DNA of 64,000 nucleotides from positions 110,618 to 174,617 of the forward strand of contig NZ_JAFEWE010000002.1 of NCBI RefSeq assembly GCF_017355785.1, given 5' to 3'. The notes beneath the pieces were generated by a model that saw nothing but the letters and a program-made list of their open reading frames with translations, was not told the origin of the DNA and did not search any database. A program made the translations under genes and the position numbers. The stretch comes from Desertivirga arenae (GTDB lineage: Bacteria; Bacteroidota; Bacteroidia; Sphingobacteriales; Sphingobacteriaceae). Of this stretch, positions 58,763 through 64,000 are shown one piece after another (the first letter of the stretch is position 1; each line of letters begins with the position of its first letter).

Positions 58763-60108
58763 ACCGAGCTGGCATTGTTTTTCACTTCCCCAGCTGTATT
58801 TACAACAGGGCGTAACTGGTAGTTTAGTGAAACCTTCGACTGATGTTTATTGATCAGCCAGTTCAAACCTGCATCGTAAACACTTAATCCATCCTTTAAT
58901 GCGTCGTACTTTGCATACCTGTAAGAAACGTAAGGCATCAGTGTTCCGTTCTCTCCAAGTAGATCCTTCGGCAAACGCAGCCCTGCCTGTGCGTAAACTG
59001 ATTCACCTGTTCCAAACATAGGATAAGAATTACCAAAAGCTCCTCCATAAACCGGAGATCCCGGAGTTGCTTCATTTGCAGGGTTCATAATTCCATTATT
59101 ACGAACATAGTTTTTTCCATATCCTGTATCAAAGTAACCAGCATAAGCCGAAAGTGCATATTTATTATCACGGATAGGCATGTCGGCAAATGCAGCTACA
59201 GACCACATTGCCAGATCATTATAATTCGTTGTTCCGGCATCAGTAAGATACCAGGTTGCTTTCTTCTGGTAAATAAATCCTCCCTCAAGGTTAAGAACCT
59301 TTTTATCACCAAGATAAGTACCTGTCATATAAGGAGTAACATTTGGTTCCTTATCAAGAAAATTATAAGCAAAGAAGCCCTGGTATTGTTTATGATGACC
59401 AATGGTTGCAAAGCTTGCACTATTAGCTCTGATAACAGGTGCTGCTTGTCCATTGGTCTGAATTGGAAAAGGGTCTGAAAGGACAAGCCGGTAATCAAGT
59501 TTTCCCAATTGCCCTCTTGCATAAACACTTAGCTTCCTTGCAAACTCGTCTGTTTGATCAACGGTGGTCTGCAGGAATACAGGAACATCCGTGGTCATGA
59601 TCGTACTTACACTGGGCTGACTGAAGCGACTCAACCCGTTGGCTATGGTTAATCCACCTCCCAATTTAAGCTTGTCACTGGACTTAAAGACCTTGTACTC
59701 ACCCAGCGCATCGTGAAAAAAAGCCTGAAGCTTCCGGTTTCCGGCATTTTGGGACAGGAAATTAAAATTGTTCATTCCAAATTGAGTGTAAAAGAAAACC
59801 CTGTCGGTCACTTGCCCGAATAATTGCATCCGTGTCCGTCTTAAACCAATATCTAAGGTATGATCTTTATGTTCGCCCAATACCGCTGTGTTTGGATTAC
59901 TTTCATTCCAGCGCAGCCATACCTGATTAAGGAATGTTGCCTTGATATATTTCGACCCATCTGCAGAAAGGTTAAGCTTCAGTTCTGTTTTAGGTTTGCT
60001 ATCAGCCCGTGACTGAGGAATAGAATCAAGCTGCTGAGCATTGCTGGTATTGGCAATGGCTATAGTGCAGGCCATTAATGCTAGTGTGTGTTTAAAAAAA
60101 GGTTTCAT
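58735..60108 (-). CDS. Putative outer-membrane beta-barrel porin-like protein.
   Basis: Signal peptide, an alternating amphipathic beta-strand pattern, and a C-terminal '...QYQIAF' aromatic terminus. Confidence 0.5.
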   Translation of the reverse strand: MKPFFKHTLALMACTIAIANTSNAQQLDSIPQSRADSKPKTELKLNLSADGSKYIKATFLNQVWLRWNESNPNTAVLGEHKDHTLDIGLRRTRMQLFGQVTDRVFFYTQFGMNNFNFLSQNAGNRKLQAFFHDALGEYKVFKSSDKLKLGGGLTIANGLSRFSQPSVSTIMTTDVPVFLQTTVDQTDEFARKLSVYARGQLGKLDYRLVLSDPFPIQTNGQAAPVIRANSASFATIGHHKQYQGFFAYNFLDKEPNVTPYMTGTYLGDKKVLNLEGGFIYQKKATWYLTDAGTTNYNDLAMWSVAAFADMPIRDNKYALSAYAGYFDTGYGKNYVRNNGIMNPANEATPGSPVYGGAFGNSYPMFGTGESVYAQAGLRLPKDLLGENGTLMPYVSYRYAKYDALKDGLSVYDAGLNWLINKHQSKVSLNYQLRPVVNTAGEVKNNASSVWLQYQIAF

Positions 60109-60287
60109 TACGGATGTTAAGTGTTGTTGCGCAAAACTACTTTTTATAAGCAGGATAGAAAGACGTTACTTTTATTTCATAGAAATTTTACATATGGAAT
60201 GATCCCTGTAACAAATGGACACTTATTAGCGTAAACATAGCAACGCCCTTATTTAAATTTTGATGCTTGCAGAAAGCGCGTTAGGCA

Positions 60288-60716
60288 ATGAACAAGAAAA
60301 TTTCCACATTTAGCATAATCGACGACGATCAGCTTTTTCAATTCACTATAAAGAAAGTTTTGCAATCTACTGAGCTTGTAGATCGGGTTTTGCAGTTTGG
60401 AGATGGAGAAAGTGCGTTAAGCTTTTTTAGAAACAATTGGGGTTATCAGGAAAAGCTTCCTGATGTTATATTCCTGGATCTAAATATGCCGATTTTAAAT
60501 GGCTGGCAGTTCCTGGAAGAGTTTATAAAGTTTGAACAACTTGATAAATCAATCACTGTGTATATCTGTACCGCTTCTGCAAATCCTAAGGACCTTGAAA
60601 TGTTTAAGCGCTTTAATGGTGTTACCGGGTATCTTTTAAAACCTATCAGTAAAAAGGAGATCTACTCGATTTTAGACAAAGAGATCCACGGAAAATCTCC
60701 TTTCAGGCTAAACTAG
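60288..60716 (+). CDS. Stand-alone response-regulator receiver domain protein.
   Basis: 'FSIIDDDQLF...', the phospho-acceptor 'IFLDLNMP', and 'ICTASA...K'. There is no output domain. Confidence 0.8.
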   Translation: MNKKISTFSIIDDDQLFQFTIKKVLQSTELVDRVLQFGDGESALSFFRNNWGYQEKLPDVIFLDLNMPILNGWQFLEEFIKFEQLDKSITVYICTASANPKDLEMFKRFNGVTGYLLKPISKKEIYSILDKEIHGKSPFRLN

Positions 60717-60828
60717 CACAACGAGCTTCTGCTGTTCTTCAGAAGGAACAGGGCAAGCCATTAAATCTCTAAAAGCTAATCTTTTAGGTTGCACAAATTC
60801 ACTTACAAAAAGTATCTTTGCGCGATCG

Positions 60829-61548
60829 ATGAATTACAAGCTCTTATTCTTCTACCAAGGGTCAATCAGCGAATTGTTCCTGCTTCTTTTTGCTGAGAAT
60901 TTAATACTAGCTATTCTGGCTGTATTAATGGGCGCAATGCTGTTGAAAACCCTCGGTAAAAAATTTGAGATGCCTGATAAACGTGAGCAGAAATATTTTG
61001 GGTTGACGGTTATCATAAACACGTTTGTTACCTACCTTGGATTCCTGCTTTGGAATTACGGGCTCATTCATATCCATCTTACTTTAGATTTTAGCGTCCT
61101 TACCGATTTTATTTTCACAGTTCTGTTGATGGATCTGTTAGTGTGGCTATTGCATTTCATCCTTCATAAAAAGCCTTTTTTTGAGAAGATCCACTATGTT
61201 AGTCATATCAGTAAAAAAATAAATCCAGCCAGCCTCTTCGTGATCCATCCCATAGAATGTCTGATGTTGGGTTTTCTATGGCTATCTGTGCTTTTAGTAT
61301 TCACATTAAATATCTTTTCGATAATTCTATTCCTTGTCTTTCATGTTATTTTAGGAATCATTGCAAATCTTGGCACCAGCATTCCTAGTTCCGGCAACCA
61401 CTTTCTAAGTGTTTTTATCTCCCCTGCATTTCGTATGGAACATTGTAAAAGAGGTTCGGGAAACTTTGGTTTTTATACAAAAGTGTGGGATAACCTATTC
61501 AAAACACTTTCAGCGCGTCGCACAAACTTTGCAAAGGATACATTGTAA
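60829..61548 (+). CDS. Sterol desaturase / fatty-acid hydroxylase family membrane protein.
   Basis: Multiple transmembrane helices and His-rich boxes ('WLLHFILHKKPFFEKIHYVSH'). Confidence 0.5.
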   Translation: MNYKLLFFYQGSISELFLLLFAENLILAILAVLMGAMLLKTLGKKFEMPDKREQKYFGLTVIINTFVTYLGFLLWNYGLIHIHLTLDFSVLTDFIFTVLLMDLLVWLLHFILHKKPFFEKIHYVSHISKKINPASLFVIHPIECLMLGFLWLSVLLVFTLNIFSIILFLVFHVILGIIANLGTSIPSSGNHFLSVFISPAFRMEHCKRGSGNFGFYTKVWDNLFKTLSARRTNFAKDTL

Positions 61549-61675
61549 TTAATGTAATCTGCGTTTGCAAATTTCAAGGGAAAAAATACCTTTGCGATAA
61601 CTGTATTGATTTTTATTTTTTTACCGGCCTTTATTATTCACCTGAATTGATTTTAGGCTACAGACAAAACACAAC

Positions 61676-61894
61676 ATGAAGGATAATTCAAAAATATTAC
61701 TGGCGTTACTGGCAGGAGCAGCAGCAGGGGCAGTTGCAGCTATCCTATTAGCTCCCGATGAAGGGAAACAATCAAGAAAAAAGATCGGGAGATGGGCTGA
61801 TGATGTGTATAATAATTCTAAGGAGAAATTAAGTGATCTAAAATCCGGCAATAAAGTAAAAGATCCTTACGAAGGTGCTGATCTAGGGATATAA
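61676..61894 (+). CDS. YtxH-like small membrane-anchored protein.
   Basis: 'LLALLAGAAAGAVAAILLAPDEGKQSRKKI' is characteristic of YtxH/DUF948. Confidence 0.55.
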   Translation: MKDNSKILLALLAGAAAGAVAAILLAPDEGKQSRKKIGRWADDVYNNSKEKLSDLKSGNKVKDPYEGADLGI

Positions 61895-61967
61895 TATTTT
61901 TTTAAAAAAAGTACTGCTTTTGGAACAGTACTTGCTTTTAATATGCCAACAAAAACAACCTACTAAT

Positions 61968-62429
61968 ATGGAAACGACTCATGATATGACCACTACGATC
62001 TTAAATGATCTTGTGGAAATTAATAATGACCGAATTGTCGGATATCAAAAAGCAATTGAAGAACTTAAAGACAGTGATTCTGATCTGAAGGTATTATTTA
62101 CCGGAATGATCGCAGAAAGTCAAACTTATAAAATGGCTTTAGCAAGCGAGATTTCTGCTTTAGGAGACAAAGTAGATACAGGTACTACTAACAGCGGAAA
62201 AATATACCGTGCCTGGATGGACGTAAAAGCATTGTTTACAGGAAGAGACCGTAAAACAGTTCTTGAGAATTGTGAATTTGGCGAGGATGCAGCACAAAAA
62301 GCTTATAAAATGGCCTTGGAAAGTGAAAGCCTTCCTTCTGATATCAGAGAGATGATTTCGACTCAAAAGGCTGCTCTTAGACAATCTCATGATAAGATTA
62401 AATCATTAAGGGACATGCAGCATCATTAG
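61968..62429 (+). CDS. PA2169/DUF2383-family four-helix-bundle (ferritin-like) protein.
   Basis: 'LNDLVEINNDRIVGYQKAIEE', repeated 'AQKAYKMALE', and the '...ENCEFGEDAA' pattern of the family. The likely start is METTHDM at 61968. Confidence 0.55.
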   Translation: METTHDMTTTILNDLVEINNDRIVGYQKAIEELKDSDSDLKVLFTGMIAESQTYKMALASEISALGDKVDTGTTNSGKIYRAWMDVKALFTGRDRKTVLENCEFGEDAAQKAYKMALESESLPSDIREMISTQKAALRQSHDKIKSLRDMQHH

Positions 62430-62445
62430 TATAGCAAGTCTTTTT

Positions 62446-62491
62446 AAACGAAAAAGGTGCACATTAGCAATAATGAGCACCTTTTTCGTTT
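62446..62491. terminator. Bidirectional terminator: a perfect 15-bp stem (aaacgaaaaaggtgc / gcacctttttcgttt) with a 16-nt loop.
   Basis: Between the convergent 61968..62429 (+) and ppx (-). Confidence 0.7.
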
Positions 62492-62507
62492 AATGTCTAT
62501 CCTCCAA

Positions 62508-63398
62508 TCACTTTACCTTATTCAAAAGGTTTCGTTCGATCAGCTGACTGATAATTCCATCTACCATACCTACCCTCGGAACATATATCTGCTTAACTCC
62601 TGCATACTTCATTACAGTAAGATAGATTTCACAAGCTGGAATGATCACATCCGCACGGTCCTGATTAAGGTTTAACACATTAATACGTTCTTTAAGGGAG
62701 AAGGAACAGAGGTATTCATACATACTCTTCAGTTTAGAAATACTGAGAGGCGTACCGTCCTTTTCTTCGCAAAGCCTGAAAAGTTTATTAATGTTTCCTC
62801 CGGTACCGATACCGATAAGGTTTTTATAATTCCTGGTATTTACCTTGATCCATTCTTTCATTTCTTCCCAGGTTTCCTCCTTGTCTGCATTGTCCAGAAT
62901 ACGCACAGTACCTAAAGGAAAGGATCTTGAAGCCTGAGCCTGTCCCTCTGCAAATACAGAAAGTTCTGTACTGCCACCGCCAACATCTATATAAAGATAG
63001 TTCTTTTGCTTATCAAGAGTTTCCTCAATATGATTAGAATAAATAATATTAGCTTCCTTTTGCCCCTCAACAATTTCGAGATCAATTTCAGCTTCCTTTT
63101 TTATCCGGTCAACCAATTCTCTGCCATTTTGAGCCTCCCGCATAGCGGAAGTGGCACAAGCCATATAATCTTCAACCTTGTAAACATCGATCAATTGTTT
63201 AAAGGCGAACATCGTTTTTACTAATTCATCAGCCTTGCGCTCTGAAATCTCTTTTTCCAGAAATGCATCGTCTCCAAGGCGGAGAGGAACACGTATTAAA
63301 GTATTCTTTTTGAAAGTTATTTCAGACTCCTTTTCAATTATATCTGCTATCAGCAAACGTACCGCGTTAGATCCAATATCAATAGCTGCGTATCTCAA
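62508..63398 (-). CDS. ppx: Ppx/GppA-family exopolyphosphatase.
   Basis: 'RYAAIDIGSNAVRLLIADI', an actin-fold phosphatase N-terminus, and 'DVGGGSTE'. Confidence 0.85.
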   Translation of the reverse strand: MRYAAIDIGSNAVRLLIADIIEKESEITFKKNTLIRVPLRLGDDAFLEKEISERKADELVKTMFAFKQLIDVYKVEDYMACATSAMREAQNGRELVDRIKKEAEIDLEIVEGQKEANIIYSNHIEETLDKQKNYLYIDVGGGSTELSVFAEGQAQASRSFPLGTVRILDNADKEETWEEMKEWIKVNTRNYKNLIGIGTGGNINKLFRLCEEKDGTPLSISKLKSMYEYLCSFSLKERINVLNLNQDRADVIIPACEIYLTVMKYAGVKQIYVPRVGMVDGIISQLIERNLLNKVK

Positions 63399-63400
63399 TG

Positions 63401-64000
63401 TCAGTAATTTTTATATTTCAAATAAGTGTATATATCTGTCTGCGCCCGATAGGTAACTTTCGCTTTATCCTTTACATACTGATTGTTGTTAAAGCGATTA
63501 ATTACCCTTGCTTTCGTGTTATCCTTCAACTGAATATCGATGATGTCCCTGATCTCCTTTCTTATGCCCGGATCCAGAATCGGAAAACCGACTTCCACAC
63601 GATGGTCGAGATTTCTTGTCATAAAATCAGCAGAAGAAAGGTATACCTTTTCCTCCCCCCCGTTAGCAAAGATCCAAACACGGGCGTGCTCCAGGTATTT
63701 ATCAACTATACTCAGCACTTCGATATTTTCGCTTACGCCTTCAATTCCCGGGATCAAACAACACATACCACGTATGATAAGCTTTATTTTAACCCCTGCC
63801 GAGCTTGCTTCATACAACTTCTCGATCATTTCCTCATCCGCCAGACTGTTCATTTTCAGGATCATGTAAGCAGTCTTTCCCGCCTTGGAATTTTTAACTT
63901 CCTGATCAATCAGTCCGTAGATCTTTTCCCGGGTTTGCAAAGGAGAGACAATAAGACATTCATAGTCTTTATAAAAAACCTTCTTTTCCAGTCCCCTGAA
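63401..64000 (-). CDS. ppk: Polyphosphate kinase 1. Only the C-terminal ~200 aa are present; the N-terminus lies beyond the window end.
   Basis: The PPK1 C-terminal PLD-like domain with 'HARVWIF', and the ppx neighbour. The reading frame is open up to the window edge. Confidence 0.85.
   Translation of the reverse strand, partial: FRGLEKKVFYKDYECLIVSPLQTREKIYGLIDQEVKNSKAGKTAYMILKMNSLADEEMIEKLYEASSAGVKIKLIIRGMCCLIPGIEGVSENIEVLSIVDKYLEHARVWIFANGGEEKVYLSSADFMTRNLDHRVEVGFPILDPGIRKEIRDIIDIQLKDNTKARVINRFNNNQYVKDKAKVTYRAQTDIYTYLKYKNY

Noticed and set aside
61621-61851. A 76-aa minus-strand ORF overlapping the YtxH-like gene.
   Set aside because: It is antisense to a recognisable YtxH signature gene. 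Its Ala-rich translation mirrors the GCn-rich sense codons.
1-64000. A search for IS elements, transposases, integrases, rRNA, CRISPR repeats or Cas genes.
   Set aside because: No transposase or integrase-like ORFs, terminal inverted repeats, or spacer-repeat arrays were seen on either strand. The only RNA gene recognised is the tRNA at 24044..24117.

Overview
This 64-kb window looks like a chromosomal segment from a Bacteroidota genome, probably Sphingobacteriia. That is inferred from the SusC/SusD pair, lipoprotein signals and GH30/GH5 content; no homology search was possible. The window runs as follows.

- 1-3308 (- strand): a large multi-PAS/GAF sensor gene that runs off the window edge. 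The ORF track misses it.
- 4.0-7.1 kb: an LLM flavin oxidoreductase, then an RNA end-healing/sealing pair (polynucleotide ligase plus an HD-phosphoesterase/P-loop kinase, 'HD-Pnk').
- 7.2-9.6 kb: a decaying accessory stretch, including a DUF1016/YhcG nuclease pseudogene with an in-frame TAG.
- 9.7-19.8 kb: a dense signalling and stress block. It holds two paralogous PAS-HisKA_3 kinases, a transglutaminase-like protein, an RsbR/RsbS/RsbT stressosome operon wired to an HATPase-PP2C fusion and an orphan histidine kinase, and two copies of a bicistronic module (a 40-44 aa Lys-rich peptide tightly coupled to a ~105 aa protein). The small ORFs are not in the ORF track.
- 19.9-21.4 kb: a fatty-acid desaturase and a cold-shock protein.
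- 21.8-23.5 kb: an HTH/AbiEii-like nucleotidyltransferase pair plus a truncated AEP/PrimPol-domain gene, sitting at the 3' side of tRNA-Met(CAT) (24044-24117).
- 24.2-30.6 kb: a 2109-aa alpha-2-macroglobulin.
- 31-38.4 kb: a flotillin/SPFH protein, an AraC regulator, an SDR and a one-component Y_Y_Y/LuxR regulator.
- 38.5-52.5 kb: a polysaccharide utilisation locus (esterase, ROK kinase, GH5-CBM, three GH30, SGBP-like lipoprotein, SusD, SusC). A beta-glucan (beta-1,6 type) target is inferred.
- 53.5-64 kb: bioF-bioD, alaS, an MtfA-like peptidase, a porin-like protein, an orphan receiver, small stress proteins, ppx and a partial ppk1.

No CRISPR arrays, rRNA genes or transposases were seen.
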